A stretch of 64,000 nucleotides of DNA from Geminicoccaceae bacterium (GCA_050729115.1 JBOHKK010000001.1:2947-66946); one strand, 5' to 3'; shown: positions 38,058 to 46,731, numbered from the stretch's first letter. The notes: a model not told the origin generated them from the letters alone. Made by a program: numbers and translations.

Positions 38058-38247
38058 CGAGCTGCTCGATGGTTATGGCTGGGTCGACCGGGAGGAGGGC
38101 ATCGCGCGCATCCCGATCGATCGGGCAATGGCAATTCTGGCCGAGCGCGGCTGGCCCAAGCCGGCCACCGGCGATTCCACCTCGGTGCGCCACGCGCCGC
38201 CCTTCGCGACCTTCTCGGAGCCGAATGCGATGGGCGAGCAGAGCTGA
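38053..38247 (+). pseudogene. C-terminal remnant of an unidentified conserved protein
   Basis: The frame beginning at the duplication breakpoint translates to LSELLDGYGWVDREEGIARIPIDRAMAILAERGWPKPATGD...*. The YGWVD..G..RIPI..AM motif is protein-like, but there is no start codon or N-terminal part. Confidence 0.4.
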
Positions 38248-38315
38248 GGCGCAGCAGGCGAAACTTTGGCCCATGGGACGTTGCGTAGCCATCCGCCAGC
38301 GGAGGCGTACAATTC

Positions 38316-38816
38316 ATGCAGACGGTGGTGATCACCGGCGGCAGCGCGGGGATCGGCATAGCCGTAGCCGAGAGTTGCGCGGGCCGGGGCTGCCGCATCG
38401 GCCTGATCGCGCGCGGCGAGGAGCGGCTGGAGGATGCTGGTCGGGCTCTGCGCGAGCTTGGCTCGCCCGCGGTGGAGGTGGCGTCCGCAGACGCTTCCGA
38501 AGCTGCCGAGGTCGAGGCGGCCGCCGACCGGTTCGAGCAGGCGCTCGGCCGGATCGGCGTCTGGGTCAACGCCGCGATGACCACCGTCTACTCGCCGTTC
38601 GTCGATATGAGCGCGGAGGAGTACGACCGGGTCACACGGGTCGTCTATCTCGGCGCGGTCAACGGCACGCGCGCGGCGCTGAAGCGCACGCGCCCCCGGC
38701 GCCCGGGTGCGATCGTCAACGTCGGGTCCGGCGTCACGGGATCACGCGCGAGCGCCACCCTGCTCACTAACTACGATGGCTTTGGCACTCCCGACGAGCG
38801 GGCGGTGATCAGCTAA
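38316..38816 (+). pseudogene. short-chain dehydrogenase/reductase, 3'-truncated
   Basis: MQTVVITGGSAGIGIAVAE...VWVNAAM...IVNVGSG is a normal SDR N-terminal two-thirds. After NVGS the sequence diverges and the catalytic YxxxK region is absent. GC content drops right after it. Confidence 0.6.
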
Positions 38817-38903
38817 AAGCAGACGTAAAGTAGGGATGTTGCAATGATGGACAAGATGCACCAGGCCTGATCGGCGACGTCTCCTTCCCTCTCGCTTTCT
38901 GCG

Positions 38904-39398
38904 ATGGGACGAAAGAAGTCTGAGATGAAAGAAATATCCACGCGTCGGCGCGTATGTGGCGAGTGCCATCGCTATTTTGTGAGGGATATCGCCGATGCGG
39001 GAGTTATGCTTGCGCCGATGCTGCAAAACGCCATCTGGAAGCGCTTGGGGTATCGCAAGAAGGATGTCATCTGTTGGGACTGCGTCCGCAGTCGAGCGCA
39101 ACAGCGTCTCGGACGCCCTCTGCGGGATCGGGATTGGCAGACCTGTAAAGCCACCCTGCTGCTCGGTGCCTATTGGCACTGGCCACGGGATGAGGTGCCA
39201 CCGCATCTTCGCCCTTGGTTCGAAGCAGCATCTTTGTATTTCCGGCGCGCAGCCGCCGGAATTATGGCAAAGGAGACGCAGGCGGAGTTGCTCAGCATGT
39301 TCTATGCGGTCGTAGAGACCGAGGGCAGGGAGCCTGCATTCAGCCGGTCGGTTGATGCTCTCCGCGAGGCGATGGGCATAAAGAAATCGTTGAGATAA
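38904..39398 (+). CDS. hypothetical protein with CxxC...CxxC pattern, in a lower-GC patch
   Basis: 164-aa ORF with VCGECHRYF...VICWDCV. The surrounding 38.8-39.45 kb is visibly AT-richer than the rest of the window. Confidence 0.4.
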   Translation: MGRKKSEMKEISTRRRVCGECHRYFVRDIADAGVMLAPMLQNAIWKRLGYRKKDVICWDCVRSRAQQRLGRPLRDRDWQTCKATLLLGAYWHWPRDEVPPHLRPWFEAASLYFRRAAAGIMAKETQAELLSMFYAVVETEGREPAFSRSVDALREAMGIKKSLR

Positions 39399-39477
39399 GC
39401 GCCATACCGTTATGTACAACCTCACGTAGAGCCATGTCTCTCGTTTGTATTATGCGGACTTTATTGCGCTTCGTGGG

Positions 39478-39660
39478 ATGGCCCTGGCGATTACGCGTAA
39501 CGACTTATCGGCCGCCGACCTGCGCGCCTTGCGGCGCGGCGGTCGAAGGGCCCCCATCAAGCGCCGGCTGCTGGCGCTTGCGCTTGAAGGCGCCTGGCGG
39601 ACGGCGGCGGCGCGGGCGGCGGACATGGACCGCCAGCCCCTGCGCGACTGGGTGATCCAA
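39478..39660 (+). mobile_element. IS630-family transposase N-terminal (HTH) fragment, truncated
   Basis: MALAITRNDLSAADLRALRRGGRRAPIKRRLLALALEGAWRTAAARAADMDRQPLRDWV resembles the winged-HTH N-terminus of IS630-family transposases. The similarity ends exactly where duplicated copy B starts. No DDE domain is present. Confidence 0.6.
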
Positions 39661-39866
39661 CGCCCACTCCCAAATTTCTCTGCTGAGCGAAGTCGGCTGG
39701 GGCATCTTGCCAACAGCGGCCAACAACGCCATCTTAGGTCACCATGAGACGGTGGCTTTGGCATCGGACGCGAGTTTTGCTCCTAGCGCTCTTGCTGGGA
39801 CTCAGCATGAGCTTGGCCATAAGCCACGCCAGTGCAATGTCCGCCAAGATGGCCGTCTCGGCCGAG
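39657..39866 (+). repeat. copy B of the roughly 200-bp duplicated segment
   Basis: See copy A (37848..38056). Here it is continuous with the intact 117-aa gene and the multicopper oxidase. Confidence 0.8.
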
Positions 39867-40097
39867 GCTCCCCAGCCCGGTGCGAACGGCTGCGACACCT
39901 GCAACGGCGACGATCTTTCCGCCGGCCTCGGCACATGTTTGTCGGTGTGCGGTTCTGCCGGACATGGCCTTGTGCCGGAAGGGCCTGCGGCCCTGCCGCC
40001 GTTCGACAAAGCAGACCCACGACTCGCGCATCGACAGGCCGGGGGCCATACGAGCCACCCGGATCACGGTCCTCCTAAAGCTCTCACCCTTTCCTGA
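39744..40097 (+). CDS. exported Cys/His-rich hypothetical protein upstream of the multicopper oxidase
   Basis: 117 aa. Signal peptide LLLALLLGLSMSLAISHA. The mature part contains GCDTCNGDD, CLSVCGSAGH and HTSHPDH. Confidence 0.6.
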   Translation: MRRWLWHRTRVLLLALLLGLSMSLAISHASAMSAKMAVSAEAPQPGANGCDTCNGDDLSAGLGTCLSVCGSAGHGLVPEGPAALPPFDKADPRLAHRQAGGHTSHPDHGPPKALTLS

Positions 40098-40221
40098 CGC
40101 CTGACCGTCTGCTCCCGCAGACGACGGCGTCGAGGCCTCCGCGCACCTCAGACGCACGGAGGTGACTTGGCTCTGCCACGCGCGCCAAAGCTGGCCGTAT
40201 CCAAGGGTGAGTTTCCTCGAG

Positions 40222-41685
40222 ATGAAGTCTGCCAGATTCGGACATCTCTCGCGCCGGTCCTTGCTGGCTGCGAGCGGCGCAGCTGCTCTCGCGGCGGTGG
40301 TACGGCCTTGGCCGCTCCGGGCCGGCTCGCCCATCGAGTATCGCCTTGTTGCAAGTCCGGGACGCGCGCATCTGGTCGGCGCGCCATATCCAGAGACCGC
40401 GGTCTGGTCGTACAACGGGACGGTGCCAGGCCCGGAGATCCGGGTGCGCCAGGGCGAACGGCTGCGCGTCGTCGTCGAAAACCGGCTCGGCGAGGAGACG
40501 ACGGTGCACTGGCACGGCCTCCGCGTGCCGAATCCGATGGACGGCGTGCCCGACCTCACCCAGCCGCCGATCGCGCCGGGCGATGAGTTCATCTACGAGT
40601 TCGATGCGCCGGACGCCGGAACCTACTGGTACCACCCGCACCAACGGAGCTTCGAGCAGGTCGGACGCGGGCTTTACGGGCCGCTGATCGTCGAGGAGCG
40701 GCAGCCGATCAAGGTCGACCGCGAGATCACCTGGGTGCTGGACGACTGGCGCCTTGAGCGTGATGCGCAGATCAGCGGCGGCTTCGGCAACTTCATGGAC
40801 GTCAGCCACGGCGGCCGGCTGGGTAACACGGTCACTGTCAACGGCCGCATTCTCGATAGCTTCGCGGTGCGCGCCGGCGAGCGTCTGCGGCTGCGGCTCA
40901 TCAATGCCGCGAACGCGCGCATCTTCGGGTTGGCGTTCCAGGACCACCGACCAACGGTCATCGCGCTCGACGGCCAACCGGTAGAGCCGCATGAGCCGGC
41001 GGAGGGCCGCGTCGTCCTCGGCCCCGCGATGCGGGCCGATCTCGTGGTCGACATGAGCGGCAGGCCGGATAAGCGGTTTACCGTGGCTGACACGTTCTAC
41101 CGCGACCGCGAGTACCGCCTGCTCGATCTCGTTTATGGCAAGGAGCCGCCGCTCCGTGAGCACCCGCTCGATGCGCCGGTGCACCTTGCCGCCAACACCA
41201 TGCCCGAGCCGGATCTAGCAACAGCCGAGCGGCACCAGGTGACCTTCGGCGGCGGCATGATGGGCATGATGATGGCTGGTGGAATGATGGGTGGCGGGAT
41301 GATGGGCGACATGATGAGGGGCACGATGAGGGGCACGACAGGCATGATGACGGGCCGCGGCGTCTGGACCGTCAACGGCGTGTCGGCGACCGGACACACC
41401 CCCAAGCCTTTCCTGACCCTGCGGCGGAACGACTCGTACGTCCTCGCCATGCACAACAACACGTTCTTCCATCATGGGATTCATCTGCACGGACACTCGT
41501 TCCGTGTGATCGCGCGGGACGGCGGACCGACGCGCTATCGCGAGTGGCAGGACACCGTGCTCATGGCGGCGGATGAGCGCGTCGAGATCGCTTTCGTGGC
41601 CGACAATCCCGGCGACTGGATGATCCACTGTCACATGTTGGAGCACCAGGCGGGCGGGATGATGGGCGTGATCCGGGTGGTCTGA
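40222..41685 (+). CDS. multicopper oxidase (CopA/PcoA/CueO-like) with Met-rich insert, Tat signal
   Basis: MKSARFGHLSRRSLLAASGAAALA is a twin-Arg signal. Copper ligands are HWHG, WYHPH and HCHMLEHQAGGMM. The Met-rich insert is GGGMMGMMMAGGMMGGGMMGDMMRGTMRGTTGMMTG (about 41248..41358). Confidence 0.9.
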   Translation: MKSARFGHLSRRSLLAASGAAALAAVVRPWPLRAGSPIEYRLVASPGRAHLVGAPYPETAVWSYNGTVPGPEIRVRQGERLRVVVENRLGEETTVHWHGLRVPNPMDGVPDLTQPPIAPGDEFIYEFDAPDAGTYWYHPHQRSFEQVGRGLYGPLIVEERQPIKVDREITWVLDDWRLERDAQISGGFGNFMDVSHGGRLGNTVTVNGRILDSFAVRAGERLRLRLINAANARIFGLAFQDHRPTVIALDGQPVEPHEPAEGRVVLGPAMRADLVVDMSGRPDKRFTVADTFYRDREYRLLDLVYGKEPPLREHPLDAPVHLAANTMPEPDLATAERHQVTFGGGMMGMMMAGGMMGGGMMGDMMRGTMRGTTGMMTGRGVWTVNGVSATGHTPKPFLTLRRNDSYVLAMHNNTFFHHGIHLHGHSFRVIARDGGPTRYREWQDTVLMAADERVEIAFVADNPGDWMIHCHMLEHQAGGMMGVIRVV

Positions 41686-41699
41686 GGGAAGACGGCGAG

Positions 41700-42428
41700 A
41701 TGCTTGCCAGAGCCTCAATGATCGGGGCCATCGCGGCCGGCGTAATGGTGATCATTGGCGGCGCATCCGCGGCGCAGGGCGATCCCGAACAGGGCGAGCA
41801 GGTCTTTCGCGCCTGTATCGCCTGTCATTCGCTAGAGCCGGGCAAGCATCGCACCGGGCCGAGCTTGGCCGGCATCTGGGGCGAGAACGCTGGGACGGTC
41901 GAGGGCTTCTCCCGATATTCGCCGGCGCTCAAATCGACGGACGTGACGTGGACCGCAGAGACGCTCGACGCCTGGCTCGCTGATCCTCGGGCGTCCATTC
42001 CGGGGAACCGGATGATCTTCCCGGGTCTCAAGGATTCACAGGCGCGGGCGGACCTGATTGCATACCTGAAAGTCGCTGCGGCCGGAGGCGACGGTCCGCC
42101 GGACACCGCGGGCCAAGACGGGATGATGGGCGGCGGCATGGCAAGATCCGACATGCCGGACCTAAAGGCCATCGGTCCGGACCAGCAGGTGACGGCCATC
42201 CGCTATTGCGGCGACACCTATCACGTCACGACCGCTGCGGGTGAGACGCTTGCGGGTGAGACGCTCGCTTTTTGGGAGTTCAATCTCCGCTTCAAGACCG
42301 ACTCGAGCGAGAAGGGACCCAGTGAGCGTCGCCCGGCGCTGTTGCCGGCCAGCTCCATGGGCGACCGGGCGTTCGTCATCTTTGCCCATCCTTCGGAAAT
42401 CAGCTCCTTCATCGAGAAGCGCTGCTGA
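41700..42428 (+). CDS. class-I c-type cytochrome with C-terminal extension of unknown function
   Basis: Signal/anchor, then the haem site CIACH and a distal Met region (GNRMIFPGL) like cytochrome c2. This is followed by about 110 extra residues. The gene contains a 2 x 15-bp tandem duplication. Confidence 0.8.
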   Translation: MLARASMIGAIAAGVMVIIGGASAAQGDPEQGEQVFRACIACHSLEPGKHRTGPSLAGIWGENAGTVEGFSRYSPALKSTDVTWTAETLDAWLADPRASIPGNRMIFPGLKDSQARADLIAYLKVAAAGGDGPPDTAGQDGMMGGGMARSDMPDLKAIGPDQQVTAIRYCGDTYHVTTAAGETLAGETLAFWEFNLRFKTDSSEKGPSERRPALLPASSMGDRAFVIFAHPSEISSFIEKRC

Positions 42429-42461
42429 AAGGGGCCAACGAGCCAAGGACTGGTGGATACG

Positions 42462-43244
42462 ATGCGACGACTTCCAGTGATCTTTGTAGCGGCTCTGCTT
42501 TGCATGGCTGCGGGCGCCACCTGGTTTGCGGTCGATGCGGCTGCGCAGCAAAGGGCACCCGTTTCGGGCACCTCCGAAAGGCCTGTGGAACTCGATGAAT
42601 TCGAGCAGCGTGTGCGCGACTTCCTGCTCGAGCATCCGCAAGTGATCATGGACGCCTTACAGGTGCTGCAGGAGCGACAGCGCGCGGCCGAGGCCGACGA
42701 TATTAAGCGCACCATCGCGGCGCGGCGAGACGAGATCTTCAATGATCCGAACGCTCCGGTAGGTGGCCATCCCGCCGGCGACGCCACCGTCGTCGAGTTC
42801 TTCGACTACAACTGCCCCTACTGCCGCAGGGTGGCGCCCACTCTGACCGAGGTCGAAGAGGCCGATGCCAATCTGCGCGTCCTGTACAAGGAGTTCCCGA
42901 TCCTTGGGGCCGGTTCTCGATTCGCCGCCCGGGCGGCGCTCGCGGCGCACAAACAGGGGAAATACCTCCCCTTCCATACCGCCCTGATGCAGGCGCAAGA
43001 GCAGCTTGACGAGCTCAACGTCATGAAAATCGCGCAGGCGGTCGGGCTGGACGCCGAACGCCTGCGGCAGGACATGCAGGATGCCGCGATCGGGGAAGCG
43101 ATCGCGCGCAACCTCCAGCTCGCCGAAGCGCTCGGGATCACCGGGACTCCGAGCTTCGTGATCGGCGACCAGATCGTCCCTGGCGCGGTCGGTCGCAGCA
43201 GGCTGGAGCGGCTGATCGCCGAGGCGCGGGACCGGGGAACCTGA
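42462..43244 (+). CDS. DsbA-family thiol:disulfide oxidoreductase
   Basis: Signal peptide MRRLPVIFVAALLCMAAGA. Thioredoxin motif FFDYNCPYCRR. GTPSFVIG near the C-terminus. Confidence 0.85.
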   Translation: MRRLPVIFVAALLCMAAGATWFAVDAAAQQRAPVSGTSERPVELDEFEQRVRDFLLEHPQVIMDALQVLQERQRAAEADDIKRTIAARRDEIFNDPNAPVGGHPAGDATVVEFFDYNCPYCRRVAPTLTEVEEADANLRVLYKEFPILGAGSRFAARAALAAHKQGKYLPFHTALMQAQEQLDELNVMKIAQAVGLDAERLRQDMQDAAIGEAIARNLQLAEALGITGTPSFVIGDQIVPGAVGRSRLERLIAEARDRGT

Positions 43245-43369
43245 TGATGGACTGCATGATGATGATGGGCGGATGGCCGGGCATGCTGGCGGGCGGCCTC
43301 GTAGTTCTGCTGCTCGTTGTGCTGCTGGTTCTGAGTGCCGCCGCCCTGGTCAAGTACCTCCGGAGTTGA
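43244..43369 (+). CDS. Met-rich single-TM micro-protein (41 aa), paralog of 34691..34807
   Basis: My own translation: MMDCMMMMGGWPGMLAGGLVVLLLVVLLVLSAAALVKYLRS*. The ATG overlaps the dsbA stop (TGATG). The ORF ends 11 nt before ccmG. It shares the Met-rich head, one TM and the AAALVKYL tail with the other copy. Confidence 0.6.
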   Translation: MMDCMMMMGGWPGMLAGGLVVLLLVVLLVLSAAALVKYLRS

Positions 43370-43380
43370 GGGTGGAGCTC

Positions 43381-43998
43381 ATGCAATCGCGGCAGGAATC
43401 GGCACAGGCGCTGGCCAACACAGACGGAGTCCTTGCTCCTGCCTTGGGGGCGACAGCTCGCCATCAGCGGATACGAGGGATTTTCCTGCTGCCGCTGCTG
43501 GTGTTTGCCGGGCTTGCCGTAGCCCTCGGCTGGGGGTTGACGCGTAGCCCCGAGGTGCTCCCTTCCCCGCTGATCGGCAAGCCGGTGCCCGAGTTCAGCC
43601 TGCCCCCGGTGAAAGGCCGAACGCTCGGTCTCTCGAGCGCCGACCTCAAGGGCGAAGTCTCGCTCGTCAACGTCTTCGCCTCCTGGTGCACCGCCTGCCG
43701 CTATGAGCATCCGGTGTTCATGCGGATCAAGGAGGAAGGCGTCGTGCCGATCCACGGCATCAACTACAAGGACCGCCCCGACGACGCTGCCAACTGGCTG
43801 GACGATCTAGGCGATCCTTACACCCGCACGGGCGCCGATCGCGACGGCCGCGTCTCGATCGAATGGGGCGTGTACGGCGTGCCGGAGACCTTCGTGATCG
43901 ATCGCGAGGGGCGGATCGTCTTCAAGCAGGTGGGGCCGGTCCTGCCCGAGATCTGGCGGGACAAGATCGCACCACTGATCGAGGAGCTGCGCCGGTGA
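43381..43998 (+). CDS. ccmG: periplasmic thiol:disulfide oxidoreductase DsbE/CcmG family
   Basis: ATG at 43381 with GAGGGTGGAG upstream. Membrane anchor, then VNVFASWCTACRYEHP and GVYGVPETFVID motifs. Confidence 0.8.
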   Translation: MQSRQESAQALANTDGVLAPALGATARHQRIRGIFLLPLLVFAGLAVALGWGLTRSPEVLPSPLIGKPVPEFSLPPVKGRTLGLSSADLKGEVSLVNVFASWCTACRYEHPVFMRIKEEGVVPIHGINYKDRPDDAANWLDDLGDPYTRTGADRDGRVSIEWGVYGVPETFVIDREGRIVFKQVGPVLPEIWRDKIAPLIEELRR

Positions 43999-44741
43999 GC
44001 GCCGTGGAGACTGCCATGCGGTTGAAGCCCATCATCGGGGCGGCCGCTGCACTGGTTGTGACCGCGCTGATCGCGGGCGGGGCGTACTTGGCCACGAACA
44101 CCGCGCAGGAAGCGCGAGCGCCTGAGCCCACATCGCCGGCCACGGCGGCATCGACCAAGAAGGGCTTCGCCTTCAGCGCGCTCGAGACGCCGCGGGAACT
44201 GCCCGAGCTGCGCTTCGTGGACGGCGATGGCCGCGAGATGACCCTGGAGGCGTTCGAGGGCAGGACGATCCTGCTCAACATCTGGGCCACATGGTGCGTC
44301 CCGTGCCGGGAGGAGATGCCGGCGCTCGATCGCCTGCAGGCAAAGCTCGGCGGCCCCGACTTCGTCGTCGTGCCGCTGTCGATCGACCGCGAAGGTCTGC
44401 CGGCGGTCAAGGCGTTCTACGAGGAGCTCGGCCTCGAGGCGCTCGGCATCTACGTCGATCAGTCCGGCAAGGCGAGCCGGCAGTTGGGGGCCGTGGGCAT
44501 CCCGACGACGCTGCTGGTCGATAGCGAGGGGCGCGAGGTCGGGCGCACTCTCGGGCCGGCGGAGTGGGATAGCGACGAGATCGTGGAATTCCTGCGCGGC
44601 TTCATCGCGGAGCGACCCGCCGCCGCTTCTCAGCCCGAAATCCCGGGAGAGACGCAGTTTGCCCTGCGTCCGGAGAAGCGCGGCGCCGAGTCGCAGCGCC
44701 ACGTCCCCCTTGCCTTCCAGCCACTGGAAGGAACTATCTGA
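43995..44741 (+). CDS. TlpA-family thioredoxin-like protein (membrane-anchored)
   Basis: The GTG at 43995 overlaps the ccmG stop (GTGA). An alternative ATG is at 44016. Contains LLNIWATWCVPCREEMP and GIPTTLLVD. Confidence 0.8.
   Translation: MSAVETAMRLKPIIGAAAALVVTALIAGGAYLATNTAQEARAPEPTSPATAASTKKGFAFSALETPRELPELRFVDGDGREMTLEAFEGRTILLNIWATWCVPCREEMPALDRLQAKLGGPDFVVVPLSIDREGLPAVKAFYEELGLEALGIYVDQSGKASRQLGAVGIPTTLLVDSEGREVGRTLGPAEWDSDEIVEFLRGFIAERPAAASQPEIPGETQFALRPEKRGAESQRHVPLAFQPLEGTI
44710..44740 (+). promoter_or_regulatory. CueR-type box CCTTCC-N7-GGAAGG embedded in the 3' end of the tlpA-like gene
   Basis: Read directly: cTTGCCTTCCagccactGGAAGGaacTATCTG. It has the same half-sites and N7 spacing as the boxes at 35715 and 35757. 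The -35-like TTGCCT and -10-like TATCTG are separated by 19 nt. Confidence 0.55.
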
Positions 44742-44770
44742 TAGTTGCAGCAAATCGAGGAGACGAGAGC

Positions 44771-45226
44771 ATGGACACATCGCGGACGGTAGCGGCCGAG
44801 AAGTCGTCGCTGGTGCAGGACTGGCTTGGCGCCCTGCGCTACTGGCTCGGCGGCCGGCGGGGTCTGATCGGCTTGGCCGTGGTGCTTGGGTTGGCGGCCA
44901 TCGCGCTGAACTGGGGCTGGCTGGTCGCGGTCGGGATCGCGCCCCTGCTCCTGGCGTTCGCGCCCTGCGCCGCCATGTGCGCGCTCGGCCTCTGCGCGAG
45001 CAGGATGGGCGGAGGATCGTGCTCCAGCAAGACGGGCACCGCGGGCGATGGGACGTCGAAAGCGGCAGGGCCGGAGGCACTGCCCGCCGCGGCACCGGAC
45101 CCGAACCAGCTCACGCTCAGCCTCGACGCTAGCAGCACCGCGACCCGGCCGGCGCTCGTCGCCCCGGCGGCGCCCGAGGGCGCGATTGAAACCCAAACTC
45201 CGGAGGAGGAGAAGATCCATGTCTAG
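44771..45226 (+). CDS. hypothetical membrane protein with Cys-rich helix
   Basis: 151 aa with 2-3 TM. Contains APCAAMCALGLCASRMGGGSCSS, followed by a low-complexity Ala/Pro tail. Confidence 0.55.
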   Translation: MDTSRTVAAEKSSLVQDWLGALRYWLGGRRGLIGLAVVLGLAAIALNWGWLVAVGIAPLLLAFAPCAAMCALGLCASRMGGGSCSSKTGTAGDGTSKAAGPEALPAAAPDPNQLTLSLDASSTATRPALVAPAAPEGAIETQTPEEEKIHV

Positions 45227-45536
45227 GAACCTGAAAACCCTCGTCGCGGCGTCGGCCTTGATCGGCAGCCTGCTCGCCGCGCCCGCACTGTACGCCCACG
45301 GCACCGGTGGAAGTGGGGTGATGGGCGGCATGATGCAGGGGCGCCAGGGGGACATGATGGGTCAAGGCGGCATGATGGAAGGGATGATGGGCATGATGAA
45401 CATGATGGGCCAGATGACCGGCATGATGGAGGACTGCAGCGAGATGATGCAGGGCATGGAAGGTGCCCAGCGTCCGAACGAGCAGTGGCAAGACCGGCAG
45501 CCCGAGCAGCCGCAGCCGGAAGGCGACGCCAGTTAG
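45219..45536 (+). CDS. secreted Met-rich protein (putative periplasmic Cu(I) binder)
   Basis: ATG at 45219 with a GGAGGAGGAG RBS. Signal peptide ...LLAAPALYAHG. Then GVMGGMMQGRQGDMMGQGGMMEGMMGMMNMMGQMTGMMEDCSEMMQGMEG, with about 19 Met in about 50 residues by my count. Confidence 0.75.
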   Translation: MSRNLKTLVAASALIGSLLAAPALYAHGTGGSGVMGGMMQGRQGDMMGQGGMMEGMMGMMNMMGQMTGMMEDCSEMMQGMEGAQRPNEQWQDRQPEQPQPEGDAS

Positions 45537-45740
45537 CGAAACCGGTCGCCGGGCAGCCGAAAAATGCCGAACCCGGCGGCCCGCCGGCGCTTTGATCGAA
45601 AGTCCTTCGGTCAATGCCACCTTTCCGTTGGAGCATCGGCGAGCGCCCGGTGCCCAACGATCGCGGATCGGAGCTGATCAAGCAAAGCGTGCTTCCGGCT
45701 CGATCTGACCCCGCGCTGATCTTCAGCTTGGAGATGAACC

Positions 45741-46586
45741 ATGGCCACCTATACCCATCCCGAGACCCTCGTGGACACCGAATGGGTTGCCGAGCACATC
45801 AACGATCCTGGCATCCGCGCGGTCGAGGTCGACGTCGACACCTCCGCGTACGAGCAGGGGCACATACCGGGCGCGATCGCCTGGAACTGGACCACGCAGC
45901 TCTGCGACACGGTCCGCCGCGACGTCATCCCGAAGGACCAGTTCGAGCGGCTGATGGCGGACTCGGGTGTCGGCAACGACATCACGGTGGTCCTCTACGG
46001 CGACAACAACAACTGGTTTGCCGCCTGGGCATTGTGGCAGATGAAGCTCTACGGCCACGATGACGTTCGGATCATGAACGGCGGCCGCAAGAAGTGGATG
46101 ACCGAGGGGCGCGAGCTGACCACAGACGCGCCGAAGGTCGAGCAGGCCAGCTACACCGCGCGCGACCCGGACCTCTCGCTGCGGGCGTTTCTATCCGAGG
46201 CGATACAGACGTCGGCGGACCGCAGCAAAGGGTTCGTCGATGTGCGCAGCCCGGACGAGTTCACGGGCAAGATCCTTGCCCCGCCTGGGCTTCCCGAAAC
46301 CTGCCAGCGCGGCGGCCACATCCCCGGTGCCGCGAACATTCCGTGGGGCCAGGCCGTCAATGAGGACGGCACCTTCAAGTCCTTCGATGAGCTGAAGGCG
46401 CTCTATGAGGGCATGGGCATCACGCTGGACAGGCCGGTGATCACCTACTGCCGCATCGGCGAGCGCTCCAGCCACTCCTGGTTCGTGCTCAAGTACCTGC
46501 TCGGCTATCCGGACGTGAAGAACTACGACGGCTCCTGGACCGAGTGGGGCAATCTCGTCGGCGCCCCGGTCGAGAGGGGCGCATGA
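45741..46586 (+). CDS. sseA: thiosulfate / 3-mercaptopyruvate sulfurtransferase (tandem rhodanese)
   Basis: 281 aa with two rhodanese domains. Contains GHIPGA and the active-site loop YCRIGERSS. Confidence 0.88.
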   Translation: MATYTHPETLVDTEWVAEHINDPGIRAVEVDVDTSAYEQGHIPGAIAWNWTTQLCDTVRRDVIPKDQFERLMADSGVGNDITVVLYGDNNNWFAAWALWQMKLYGHDDVRIMNGGRKKWMTEGRELTTDAPKVEQASYTARDPDLSLRAFLSEAIQTSADRSKGFVDVRSPDEFTGKILAPPGLPETCQRGGHIPGAANIPWGQAVNEDGTFKSFDELKALYEGMGITLDRPVITYCRIGERSSHSWFVLKYLLGYPDVKNYDGSWTEWGNLVGAPVERGA

Positions 46587-46623
46587 CGTTGGTTCTCGCA
46601 AGTGCGCTCTCCGAACGCTGCCG

Positions 46624-46657
46624 GCGCGATGGCTGCGGAAGCCCGACGCCATCGCGC
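46624..46657 (+). terminator. 10-bp perfect stem-loop downstream of sseA (possible terminator or REP)
   Basis: GCGCGATGGC - 14 nt - GCCATCGCGC. No U-tract follows, so it is not a canonical intrinsic terminator. Confidence 0.3.
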
Positions 46658-46731
46658 ATTCCAGCCGGCGACCGCCACTGTCACTGCATGCGCTTGCGAC
46701 CAGCTCGAACCGCGCGGAAGGACCGCCACCA

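Noticed and set aside
39675-39743. Possible sigma-54 promoter (ctGGggcatcttGCca) in the conserved region upstream of both copies of the Cys/His protein gene
   Set aside because: The GG-to-GC spacing is 2 nt short of the TGGCAC-N5-TTGC consensus when aligned, so I do not call it.
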